Positions 1 through 8,449 of a stretch of 64,000 bases of DNA are shown piece by piece; position 1 is the first letter of the stretch, and each line of letters starts with the position of its first letter. The position numbers and the translations under genes are program-made. The notes below the pieces were generated by a model. The model searched no databases. It was given only the letters and a program-made list of their open reading frames with translations, and was not told the DNA's origin. The DNA comes from Candidatus Giovannonibacteria bacterium (GTDB lineage: Bacteria; Patescibacteriota; Minisyncoccia; JACPKW01; UBA11713), in contig JACPKW010000005.1 of the NCBI GenBank assembly GCA_016186825.1, positions 2,025-66,024 on the forward strand, given 5' to 3'.

Positions 1-747
1 GGCGAAAATATTGCGCAAAAGCGGGTTTGAAAGAAATTGCCCAAGTTTATTTACCAAAGGAATGATCGCTTCCGTGTCGAATTTTTCCGACCAGTCCGCA
101 AATTCAACCGCCCAGAAGCGCTTGACCATATCATCGGTAATATAATCCACGACTTTTTGGCGATATTCCCGGTCCGTCAGCATTGAAATCATTCCGCGCA
201 TTGTCGCGTAGGGATAATCGAGAAGCGCCAAACAAGTAAAACGGAAAACGTGCTCCAGGCGCGGCGTCCAGTTCGCGCCGAACTGCTTTTCCATGACTTC
301 AATCAGGCCCTGCGTCAGCTGATGCTTCATTTCAGGATCAACATTCTGAAGCGGATTGAAAGAAACTGGGAATTTCGTATCGGATGGATCAATCAAAACC
401 ACATCTTTAACGCGCTCTTCAGGAATGAAATGCAAAATTTCTTCAATTACATCGCCATGCGGGTCAATCAGGCAAAGACCTTGCTTGTAAGCGACGTCCT
501 GGCGGATCATCAACTCCAAAAGTTTTGATTTTCCAACTCCTGACTTTCCGACTATATACATATGGCGCCTGCGGTCATGGCGCTTGATTCCAAAAATAAA
601 CCGCTTTTCTTCAAGAGCAGCCACATAATTCGTACGCCCAAAAAACACCACGTCTTTCGGGTCAACCCGCTGATAGACGGGGAGATCCGGCGGCGGCGGG
701 GCGTGGGTAATTATTTGAACTCGTGAGTCTTTTGCTGGACCTGCCAT
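1..747 (-). CDS. P-loop ATPase, VirD4/TraG/DUF87 (HerA-like) conjugation-type family; N-terminal part only, gene continues past window start
   Basis: Minus-strand translation from ATG 747: MAGPAKDSRVQIITH...FGIKRHDRRRHMYIVGKSGVGKSKLLELMIRQDVAYKQGLCLIDPHGD. Walker A GKSGVGKS and an R/H-rich segment before the P-loop are typical of T4SS coupling proteins and DUF87 ATPases. Absent from the ORF track because it runs off the edge. Confidence 0.6.
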   Translation of the reverse strand, partial: MAGPAKDSRVQIITHAPPPPDLPVYQRVDPKDVVFFGRTNYVAALEEKRFIFGIKRHDRRRHMYIVGKSGVGKSKLLELMIRQDVAYKQGLCLIDPHGDVIEEILHFIPEERVKDVVLIDPSDTKFPVSFNPLQNVDPEMKHQLTQGLIEVMEKQFGANWTPRLEHVFRFTCLALLDYPYATMRGMISMLTDREYRQKVVDYITDDMVKRFWAVEFADWSEKFDTEAIIPLVNKLGQFLSNPLLRNIFA

Positions 748-748
748 G

Positions 749-1300
749 TTATAGAACCTCTAACTCCTCCAAAACCCGTTTATATTTTTTCAATAAATTT
801 GCCGCTTCCGGTTTTGAAACTTTAAAACCTGGCGTATGCGCGATGTTATTTCTGATGCGATGCGCCGCGGCCAAGTCCGGAATGGAACTTATTTCAACCG
901 GCTCCAAATTCGTGATGCGCTCCATCATCGTATCTCCCGGAATCCCGATTCGCTTTAAAATGTCATCCACCATACTGTCCGCTTCCAAGACAAAAAGAGA
1001 CGCATCGGAATCAAGGCTAGCCTCAAAACGTCCCATCAAATCTTCCCAACGCTGGCGCGCCAATTTCTCCTGCGGGACTGTCGCAGGCGAATATGTAACC
1101 TTTATTTCGGGGCGATAACGCCAAGCTTTTATCAAAAGCGCAATGCTCGCAACCAAAAAAAACGGAATTAAGATATAGGAAAGCCCTTTCAAAATCATCG
1201 TAAGATTCGCTACAAATCCCCCTTCAGCAAAAAGATTTGAAAAAAAATTCGTCAGGTTGAAAATAAAGTCGCTACCACCAACTGGATCAAATTCATTCAT
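749..1300 (-). CDS. hypothetical small membrane protein (1 TM), operon partner of the ATPase
   Basis: 183-aa ORF. Hydrophobic helix LSYILIPFFLVASIALLIKAW. Its TAA stop sits 1 nt before the ATPase ATG. Confidence 0.5.
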   Translation of the reverse strand: MNEFDPVGGSDFIFNLTNFFSNLFAEGGFVANLTMILKGLSYILIPFFLVASIALLIKAWRYRPEIKVTYSPATVPQEKLARQRWEDLMGRFEASLDSDASLFVLEADSMVDDILKRIGIPGDTMMERITNLEPVEISSIPDLAAAHRIRNNIAHTPGFKVSKPEAANLLKKYKRVLEELEVL

Positions 1301-1304
1301 ATAA

Positions 1305-2606
1305 TTATTTCATTATGCCCGGAAGCCCCCGCTCATCCTTATAAATCGGGAGGCCGGCCGGAGGTCCAATCTTTCGTGACTCAACACGCTTAACTAAAGG
1401 CCCAGTCAAAACCACTGCGCTCGGCAAGTGAAAAATCGTTGCTAATTCTTCTACATTCAAAAGAAAAGATTTGCTCGTAAAAGTTGAGGAAAAAAAATGG
1501 AATGTCAAAAGCTTATACATTGCCTTCTCCGGCGCAAAGTTCCGCTCCCGGTAATTCAAAAGAATTCTCTGCTTGCGGCCCTCAAGAATTCTTTTTGGAA
1601 AAATATGCGGCCAGTCCCAAATCCACGCTTGCGTCCAAGTCAGAGGATTAGACGTAAAAAAATTCATATTCGGAGCGGCGTATTGATAAAACGCAGTGCG
1701 CACTCCACGCTTTGCAAAGTTTACGTTGTAAGTGCTCTGGGGCGCAAAATAGACGAAACGGATTATGACATCAAAGGCCGGTTTAAAACTTTTCGCTTCA
1801 ATCTGCTTTAACTTTTCAGTCTCGCCCGGCGTACGCGGCAAGAAAACTTCGAACATTTCTCCCGCAGGACTCTTCACCGCGGTTTTGGTTTCTTCCCGAT
1901 ATGAAAGCGCGGTTTTTCTGACTAGAGCGGGCCATACAGCCGGGTCCGCTGGACGAGCCAGAATTTGCAACACTACGATTTCATCTTTTTGAAGTTTTGA
2001 TAATACTTCGAGAATTCCTCCAATCGGATCAAGGTTCTGTTCCTCCTCTTTCGCTTCAAACTGCGTGTAAGTCCGAATGGGTAAACCGTCTTCCTTGCCC
2101 AAAATCAGCTCCGTTCCCCAAAGATTATAGCCTCCTTCATACAACTCAAAAGTTGTCTTCGGAATGCGGCTCATATAATCTTCGACTTCCTCCACCTCGA
2201 CATCGGTGTATTGAGCAAAAATGTTTGCACGGACAACTTTGGCATGCCTTGTAGGCATCGTCATGTAAAAATGAATTTCCCCGCCGAAACTTACAATCTC
2301 GAAAGTAAACCATTGGGTAATTTCGCCGTCCCACCATTTTTCGCGCAAGTTTCCCTGAGCATTTCTCAAAGTGGTAATTACAGTCAAAATATGCTCCATG
2401 GCTTTGGGGCTTTTGTTTATTTCTCGGGGAATTTTAATTTCAAAAATAGTAAGCGGTATTGCGTAGCGATATCGAAATTGCCTCCAAGCAAGCCACAAAG
2501 ACAAAGTGAGCCACCCCAAAATAATCGTGGCCCAAAGCCACCAAAGATTTAATAATTCCCTCCCAGCAGCGGAAAGAATTGTAAAAAAATCCTCCATGTC
2601 GAACAC
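1305..2606 (-). CDS. hypothetical membrane protein (433 aa), N-terminal TM pair
   Basis: Long ORF with TM segment WWLWATIILGWLTLSLWLAW. Tightly packed in the same orientation between the sigma-r4 protein and the ATPase operon. Confidence 0.55.
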   Translation of the reverse strand: MFDMEDFFTILSAAGRELLNLWWLWATIILGWLTLSLWLAWRQFRYRYAIPLTIFEIKIPREINKSPKAMEHILTVITTLRNAQGNLREKWWDGEITQWFTFEIVSFGGEIHFYMTMPTRHAKVVRANIFAQYTDVEVEEVEDYMSRIPKTTFELYEGGYNLWGTELILGKEDGLPIRTYTQFEAKEEEQNLDPIGGILEVLSKLQKDEIVVLQILARPADPAVWPALVRKTALSYREETKTAVKSPAGEMFEVFLPRTPGETEKLKQIEAKSFKPAFDVIIRFVYFAPQSTYNVNFAKRGVRTAFYQYAAPNMNFFTSNPLTWTQAWIWDWPHIFPKRILEGRKQRILLNYRERNFAPEKAMYKLLTFHFFSSTFTSKSFLLNVEELATIFHLPSAVVLTGPLVKRVESRKIGPPAGLPIYKDERGLPGIMK

Positions 2607-2608
2607 TT

Positions 2609-3634
2609 TTATACTACCGTATAACGTCCGTCTTCCAAAACTCTAAAATACTTTTTTTGCTGAAGATTTATTTTAATCGTGGACGGCTTCACATAACGCT
2701 CCTTCAATACGCGTTCGATCAATTTATCTTTCGCAAGCGGCCCGGATGAAACAAGAATATTTTTAATTACATCCCTAACGATTCCTGGCTTATAGCCCCA
2801 TTCCTTCAATGCGTAAAGTCCGCGCCCGACTAAAACGAAGCGGTCGTCCTTGATAAGTTCGTTATGCACCGTCTGCACATGCGCTTTCTCGCCAAGGTTT
2901 TTCCTTATTGCCGCCGCAACCTCTGAAAAATGCAAAGGTGAGCCGTGATGGCGCATTACCAAATAAGCGGAATCACGAACTCCGCGCGGAGAAATATGCG
3001 AAGACTCCGAGAGCCCCCACTCTCCTAATTTATTTCTGCCAAGCTTTTTTGAAAGAGAAAGCCAGCTTGTGATTGCAGGCTCCTGCAAATCATGCCCCAA
3101 AGCGCTACGTCCGATTTCAGATATTTTTTCCTTAATTTCTTTTTCGCTAACCGGTTCCTGCTTTTCTTCCAAATGCGAATGCAGGCTCCGCAAAGTCCCA
3201 TGCGCGGCTTCCGCGAGCTCGCGGCTCGTAGTCCAGCGGTGATTAAATTCATCGTCTTCTTTCAGGCGCATGAAATCCCCCGAGAGCGTCAAAAGAAACC
3301 GCACATGATTTTTTTCTCTGGGGTCTTTCGCAAGTGTTGCTAAAAAATTTTCTTCTTCCGCAATTCCGCCGTGCTTTTCAAGCTCATTTTTGAGCTCCTG
3401 AAATACAGACTGATTTTCTTTCATCACCTCGTGCAAGCGGAGCTTGTTTAATGCGTAGGATTCAATCTGCCGTACGCGCTCGCGGGTGATGCCGTATGAA
3501 GATCCGATCGCTTCGAGTGTTTTTCTTTCTTTCGCCTTCCCAATACCAAAACGGCTTTCGAGAACTTCTCGAGCTCGTTTAGGAAGCGTCTGAAGCAAGT
3601 CTTCGCTTATTTTCTGAATATTTATTGAGGGCAT
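2609..3634 (-). CDS. sigma-70 region-4 (HTH) domain protein, putative transcription factor
   Basis: N-terminus GITRERVRQIESYALNKLR matches the sigma-70 region 4.2 HTH signature. 341 aa. Confidence 0.6.
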   Translation of the reverse strand: MPSINIQKISEDLLQTLPKRAREVLESRFGIGKAKERKTLEAIGSSYGITRERVRQIESYALNKLRLHEVMKENQSVFQELKNELEKHGGIAEEENFLATLAKDPREKNHVRFLLTLSGDFMRLKEDDEFNHRWTTSRELAEAAHGTLRSLHSHLEEKQEPVSEKEIKEKISEIGRSALGHDLQEPAITSWLSLSKKLGRNKLGEWGLSESSHISPRGVRDSAYLVMRHHGSPLHFSEVAAAIRKNLGEKAHVQTVHNELIKDDRFVLVGRGLYALKEWGYKPGIVRDVIKNILVSSGPLAKDKLIERVLKERYVKPSTIKINLQQKKYFRVLEDGRYTVV

Positions 3635-3814
3635 TAAACCTCCTTGATCGTTAAAAAATTAATTTTTCCCGCCGTCTAACTCTTCAAACAATCTCTAATT
3701 AAAAACTAAATAAATGACAAAAAAGTTTATCTGGCAAGATCTATTAAAGATACCATATTATGCTAAATAGGTCAATGGGATTAATGGTCTAAAATATGGC
3801 TTAAAATAAGCCTT

Positions 3815-4987
3815 TTAGGCCCCACGAACATCGGAAAGCGCGAAGTCTTCGCTCTTGTGACTAAAACCGGATTCATAACCGTAATTTCGCATGCCCATTA
3901 AAATCCCAAGAGCCCCTAGAAGTATAAAAATATGCGATCCGCCGTAACTCAAGAATGGTAGCGTGATTCCGGTAATGGGAAGGAGCCCCAGATTCATTCC
4001 AACATTCACGATAAAATGGCTCAAGATGAGTAAAAAAAGTCCGACACCGAAATATTTTTCGAAATTCGATTCCCCCGCGAATGCCGCCTTGATAATCCTC
4101 CAAAACAAAACCCCGAAAAGAAAGAATAAAACCCCGACGCCCAAAAACCCCCATTCCTCGGCAAAAGCTGCGAAAATAAAATCGGTTTCGTGCTCTGGTA
4201 AAAACTCGAGACGCGATTGCGTGCCATAGCCGATTCCCCTCCCCATAATTCCACCTGACCCCACTGCAACCATTGATTGCAGCGCGTTATAACCTGACCC
4301 GCGCGGATCTCTTAATGGATTAAGAAATGTCAAAATGCGCGCTTTTTGATACGGAGCTAAAAGATAAAACCAGGCGACAAAAATTATCAAAGCGGCGATC
4401 GCAAGAATAAAAAATAAATGCCGCTTGGAAACACCGGAGACAAGGATCATTCCAAACCAGATTGCGACAAAAATTATTGCCGAGCCAAAGTCAGGCTGAA
4501 GAAAAATAAGTGCCGCGGGAATCGCCGCATAAAGTCCTGAAACAATAATGTGCCGGATGTGCGCGATTTCAATATGCCTGCGCGAAAAATATTTTGAGAG
4601 GACTAAAATCAGAATTAGCTTCATCGGCTCTGCAGGTTCGATTGAAAAAAGCCCGAGGCGAATCCAACTTTCAGCCCCTCTAACCGCGCGCGCAAAAATC
4701 AAGAGTCCGAATAAAATAATAACCCCCGCAAGGTATAGATAAAATAAGAGCCAGCCGTTTCTTAAAATTCTCCAATCGATTGAGCTTGCGAGAAAGAAAA
4801 AAATTAAACCGACTGCAACCCAGATTAACTGCCGAATAAAAAAATAATCCGAGCCTTTGCCCTCTGCATCGGAACCGCCCAGACTTTTCATTGTAATGAG
4901 GCCCGCCAAAAGGAGCGGAACCAGCACTGCGACAAGCACCCAATCCATTTTCCATTTTGCGGGCGAGAAGGCAAAAATTCCCTGCAT
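3815..4987 (-). CDS. SEDS-family peptidoglycan glycosyltransferase (FtsW/RodA)
   Basis: About 10 TM helices. Conserved FtsW/RodA block GTQSRLEFLPEHETDFIFAAFAEEWGFLG. Confidence 0.85.
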   Translation of the reverse strand: MQGIFAFSPAKWKMDWVLVAVLVPLLLAGLITMKSLGGSDAEGKGSDYFFIRQLIWVAVGLIFFFLASSIDWRILRNGWLLFYLYLAGVIILFGLLIFARAVRGAESWIRLGLFSIEPAEPMKLILILVLSKYFSRRHIEIAHIRHIIVSGLYAAIPAALIFLQPDFGSAIIFVAIWFGMILVSGVSKRHLFFILAIAALIIFVAWFYLLAPYQKARILTFLNPLRDPRGSGYNALQSMVAVGSGGIMGRGIGYGTQSRLEFLPEHETDFIFAAFAEEWGFLGVGVLFFLFGVLFWRIIKAAFAGESNFEKYFGVGLFLLILSHFIVNVGMNLGLLPITGITLPFLSYGGSHIFILLGALGILMGMRNYGYESGFSHKSEDFALSDVRGA

Positions 4988-5084
4988 TTCCGGATTATAA
5001 CATATTGAATTTTAGGGCTGACGGAATTAAATGTATGCTATATAATTTTTCCTTGAGAGAACAACACAAAACAACTTAACTCTT

Positions 5085-5840
5085 TTATTTCGTCAAATCT
5101 GCTCGGATTAAAATCTCGATTCTTGAGGGAATTGGGAGAAAAGGACTTCGCCAGGTGAAGAAAACATCTCGGTCGGATTCGCCTTCGATTCTTTCAAGAC
5201 GCGTGGTGCTTACGCCGATCGCGTTTCCGGAAGCATCGAACAAAACCGCAGATAAAAATAAATTTTCAATCGGGAATAAAGCCTGATTGGTCAAAGTTAC
5301 GTTCAGGCGCCCAAAGGGGTCATTCTCGAAGTCTCGTTTTGTTACCAAAATCTGCGGCCGTTGGCGCTCAATTTTTTTCCAGCGTTCTGGGGTTAACTGA
5401 ATTTCTGCGCGTGCGGGCGTGCGCTCAAAAGTTGGAATATCTTTTTCATAAATCAAAGTTTTCTCACCGGGATTCAAAAAAGTGCGCCCGGTTTTTTCCG
5501 CGATTAAAATTCCTTTAGCATCATAAAAAAATATTGTGTAAGACAGGAAGGAAGTTCCTAGCGTCGTATTTGGATTTTCAACCAGGCTCGCGGCTTCGTA
5601 ATGTCCGGAAGAAAGCGGGAAAAAACGCGTCCAATGCTCAACAATTTCTTTTATTTTTGACTGGCAGGGGCTGCAAAGGCCTCCGCAATCAATTTCTTCT
5701 TCATCTTGGTTTAATTTCCCGTCTTTGCATGAAGGAGCAGGCGTAAAACGATAAATCAAAGCTACAGCAATTAAAATTAATATCAAAAGAAGTGCGGAAA
5801 AAAATACGAGCTGTCTTTTTTGGCTCCAAGTAAAAAGCAT
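5085..5840 (-). CDS. hypothetical signal-anchored, secreted protein (CxxC-containing)
   Basis: The track ORF starts at 5909, but the first 23 codons overlap a terminator hairpin. The likely start is ATG 5840 (MLFTWSQKRQLVFFSALLLILILIAVAL, signal anchor). Contains CGGLCSPC. Confidence 0.5.
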   Translation of the reverse strand: MLFTWSQKRQLVFFSALLLILILIAVALIYRFTPAPSCKDGKLNQDEEEIDCGGLCSPCQSKIKEIVEHWTRFFPLSSGHYEAASLVENPNTTLGTSFLSYTIFFYDAKGILIAEKTGRTFLNPGEKTLIYEKDIPTFERTPARAEIQLTPERWKKIERQRPQILVTKRDFENDPFGRLNVTLTNQALFPIENLFLSAVLFDASGNAIGVSTTRLERIEGESDRDVFFTWRSPFLPIPSRIEILIRADLTK

Positions 5841-5855
5841 ATTTAAAGGATAACA

Positions 5856-5894
5856 GAAAAACCGCCGAACCATCGTGGATGAAAACGGCGGTTT
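5856..5894. terminator. bidirectional rho-independent terminator (end of rRNA operon transcript)
   Basis: aaaaccgccg...cggcggtttt: 8-bp GC stem flanked by A-run and T-run. Confidence 0.6.
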
Positions 5895-6200
5895 TGAATT
5901 TGTAGGCAAGGGGGTGAAGCGGGAGAGGAACTCCCGAAATTCCGCAAGATTACGAGAGCGTGCGTTGGGCTACAAACTCTCTTTTGCAAAATTCAAGAAA
6001 CAACATCCCCTTGCCAGTCGAGGTCAGATTAGCTCTGTCAAAAGTTTGAGCGACTTTGTGACAGAAAGCGAAAAAGAGAGACTGTCTCCTTTTTCCCGAC
6101 CCCGAAAACGAACAAAACGTTGAACAGCCGGCCGATAGGCAATCCATCGTATTGTGTGCAGGCAAGCTTAGCGAAGGATATGGGCCAGACTGCTTACGCG

Positions 6201-6272
6201 GCAGACTAAGAGGAGTCGAACCTCTTCTTAGGGGTATGAACCCTGTGCCACGCCACGTGGTTTAGTCTGCCT
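6201..6272 (-). tRNA. tRNA-like gene downstream of 5S, possible CAU anticodon (Met/Ile2); irregular and could be a pseudogene
   Basis: Minus strand has a 7-bp acceptor GGCAGAC/GTCTGCC, a 4-bp D-stem (CCAC/GTGG), an anticodon loop UUCAUAC and T-arm AGAGG-TTCGACT-CCTCT. The register of position 8 and the anticodon stem is imperfect. Confidence 0.4.
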
Positions 6273-6323
6273 TAAAACTCAAGATCAAATTCTCCGAACT
6301 GACGATAATTAAAATTTAAATGC

Positions 6324-6439
6324 TCTGTATCGGCGGCTGCCTACTTTCCCCTTACGAGTATCATCGGCAGTACAGCGTTTTACGACTCTGTTCGGAATGG
6401 GAAGAGGTAGTTCCACTGCCTCAAGCCACCGAAACAGAA
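6324..6439 (-). rRNA. rrf: 5S rRNA
   Basis: Minus strand reads TTCGGTGGC...CCCATTCCGAACAGAGTCGTAAAACGCTGTACTGCCGATGATACTCGTAAGGGGAAAGTAGGCAGCCGCCGA. This matches the 5S core (CCCAUNCCGAAC, GCCGAUGGUAC, AGUAGG) and terminal helix I. Confidence 0.75.
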
Positions 6440-6686
6440 AATCCAAATAAAATAATTTTCGCCAGTTCGGAGAATTTATATCTCCGAAAAAAAATAAAAG
6501 AACGACAATATTTCGATCCGATTTTCCTCCGCTCCGCCAGTTAGCGGATTGCGGAACGAATCACTCAGATCGGAGCGAGCTCGACTTATTAGTACTTCTC
6601 GGCTGAACGCCTTACGGCGCTTACACCTGAAGCCTATCAACGTGGTAATCTTCCACGAGTCTTAACGATTCCTAATCTTGGGGCAT

Positions 6687-6717
<31 letters not shown>

Positions 6718-6797
6718 ACTTAGCGACATAGCTACCCAGCGATGCTCTTGGCAGAACAGCTGGTAGACCAGAGGTCACCTCCTCCCGGTCCTCTCGT

Positions 6798-7584
6798 CAT
6801 GTTTAAACCCCTATTTCTAGGAGCATAGACTATATCTTCATCCCGCTGCATGCATGCAGAGGGAGTCGGCATCTTACCTATAGAAACCTGTCTTTTTATT
6901 TAAAAGACCTTCCAGTTTATATAAGTCTGTCGCGCATGGCGACAAGTCGTTACGGGGTCAAGCCTAAAACTTTTGATAATTCTTCGGATGTTTTCTTCGC
7001 TCGCGACTGATAATTTTCAGTCTGGATCCGAAGTAAGATATCCCGCAATTTATATTTTTGATCATTCTTTAATAAATCAAAATTTTTTCCTTGCAAGATG
7101 CGAGCTGCTTTTAAAATCTCAATTGTCTGAATTCTTTTAAACTTGATGAAAGGCAGCAATGCTTTCAGAACACGCTCGGAACCTCTATATCCATTTATGC
7201 GCAACTCTGTCATTCCATCATTGCGATTGGATAAATACCCTATTCCCAATCTTTTCTGAACCCAGAAAAGCGGTTTCGCGTGCCTCGTATCTTGATAAAA
7301 ACAAATGGTGAACATAAAGCGCCACCCTCTTTTACTATCATTACGATGTTTAATCTGAAGCATAATACTACCATCACCATCAAGAAATCCAGCAATGTAA
7401 GCAAGCTCTTCAGTTTTAAGCCGACTTCCCACGGTATTGTCTTAAAAATTTTCTGGTCCTCAAGTATATCGTACCACATCTAGGACCTTTAGAATGTGGA
7501 TATGCAACCAGAAAATTTATGAAGATTCCACCGTTATAAGCCGAATTTTCAATCCCGATTACTCGGGAAAGTAGCAATTTTTTA
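6798..7584 (-). mobile_element. group I-type intron in 23S rRNA (sarcin-ricin loop region) carrying a LAGLIDADG homing endonuclease gene
   Basis: The exon sequence ...GGGGGGTTCTCCCTAGT is interrupted, then resumes at ACGAGAGGACCGGGAGG. The insert ends in G and follows a U, as group I introns do. It contains ORF 6950-7432. Confidence 0.65.
6950..7432 (-). CDS. LAGLIDADG homing endonuclease (single-motif, I-CreI-like)
   Basis: Motif LAYIAGFLDGDGSI near the N-terminus. 160 aa. Sits inside the 23S insertion in the sense orientation. Confidence 0.8.
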   Translation of the reverse strand: MGSRLKTEELAYIAGFLDGDGSIMLQIKHRNDSKRGWRFMFTICFYQDTRHAKPLFWVQKRLGIGYLSNRNDGMTELRINGYRGSERVLKALLPFIKFKRIQTIEILKAARILQGKNFDLLKNDQKYKLRDILLRIQTENYQSRAKKTSEELSKVLGLTP

Positions 7585-7707
7585 CTAGGGAGAACCCCCC
7601 TCAAGAATCAACGCCTGCAGTAGATAGGAGACCAACCTGTCTCACGACGGTCTGAACCCAGCTCACGTACCTCTTTAATTGGCGAACAGCCAAACCCTTG
7701 GGAGCTC

Positions 7708-8449
7708 ATTTGTCGTTTTCCCGCGTTACTGCGGGTATCAGACTATGCCATCACCATATTTCAATTGTCGCCAATTGAAACTTAGGTGCGAACCGTATTA
7801 TAGATTTTTTAATCTATCTCGCGATGCTCCAAAAAGCATCGCTCAGTCGTTAGAGGAGATATGTTCTTAGATCATTGCCGCAAAATTTTTCCGTCGATTT
7901 TTGGATCGGACGTTAAATTTCGACAATGTATCTGCCAATCGTGCTACGCGCCTCAGATCTCGAAATTCCCTGATGGGAGTTTCTATAATCTTCTGCGCAA
8001 AATCTATTTGCTGTTGTTTCATTCTGGAATAAGGACGAACATAAGAAAGAACTCGCAAGATTTCTTTTTGATCTCTTGTAATCCAATCACATGTTGTCCG
8101 ATTCGTTCGAATTTTTCCACAACCGAGAATCTCGGTCATGCACAAAAGATCTTTTCTGTGCTTTTGCGTTACTTTCAATTCAATACGAACTCGAAAACGA
8201 AACTTTTTCTCATTATGAGGTTCGATGATCGCCATAATGGCGCCATCGCCGTCAATGAGACCAGCAATATATGCACAATCGACTTCAGAACATCTCTTTC
8301 CTACGGCGTTAACCTTCATGAGTATATTATACCTGGGACCTGCAAACTTTGCATATCCCAAGCGTATATTTATGAATAGGCCTTCACCGTTTTGGGCTCG
8401 TTTAATTACTCTGACGTTTCCATCAGAGAGAGAAGTTATGTTTTCTCCA
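7708..8449 (-). mobile_element. second group I-type intron in 23S rRNA (about E. coli position 2500) with a LAGLIDADG homing endonuclease gene
   Basis: The exon CGATGTCGGCTCATCTCATCCTGGGG is interrupted and resumes near ...GAGCTCCCAAGGGTTTGGCTGTTCGCC. The insert contains ORF 7867-8361. Confidence 0.65.
7867..8361 (-). CDS. LAGLIDADG homing endonuclease
   Basis: Motif CAYIAGLIDGDGAIM. 164 aa. Sense orientation inside the 23S intron. Confidence 0.8.
   Translation of the reverse strand: MGYAKFAGPRYNILMKVNAVGKRCSEVDCAYIAGLIDGDGAIMAIIEPHNEKKFRFRVRIELKVTQKHRKDLLCMTEILGCGKIRTNRTTCDWITRDQKEILRVLSYVRPYSRMKQQQIDFAQKIIETPIREFRDLRRVARLADTLSKFNVRSKNRRKNFAAMI

Noticed and set aside
250-528. Plus-strand 92-aa ORF
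   Set aside because: Lies antisense within the clear minus-strand P-loop ATPase gene (Walker A GKSGVGKS), and its composition is not protein-like.
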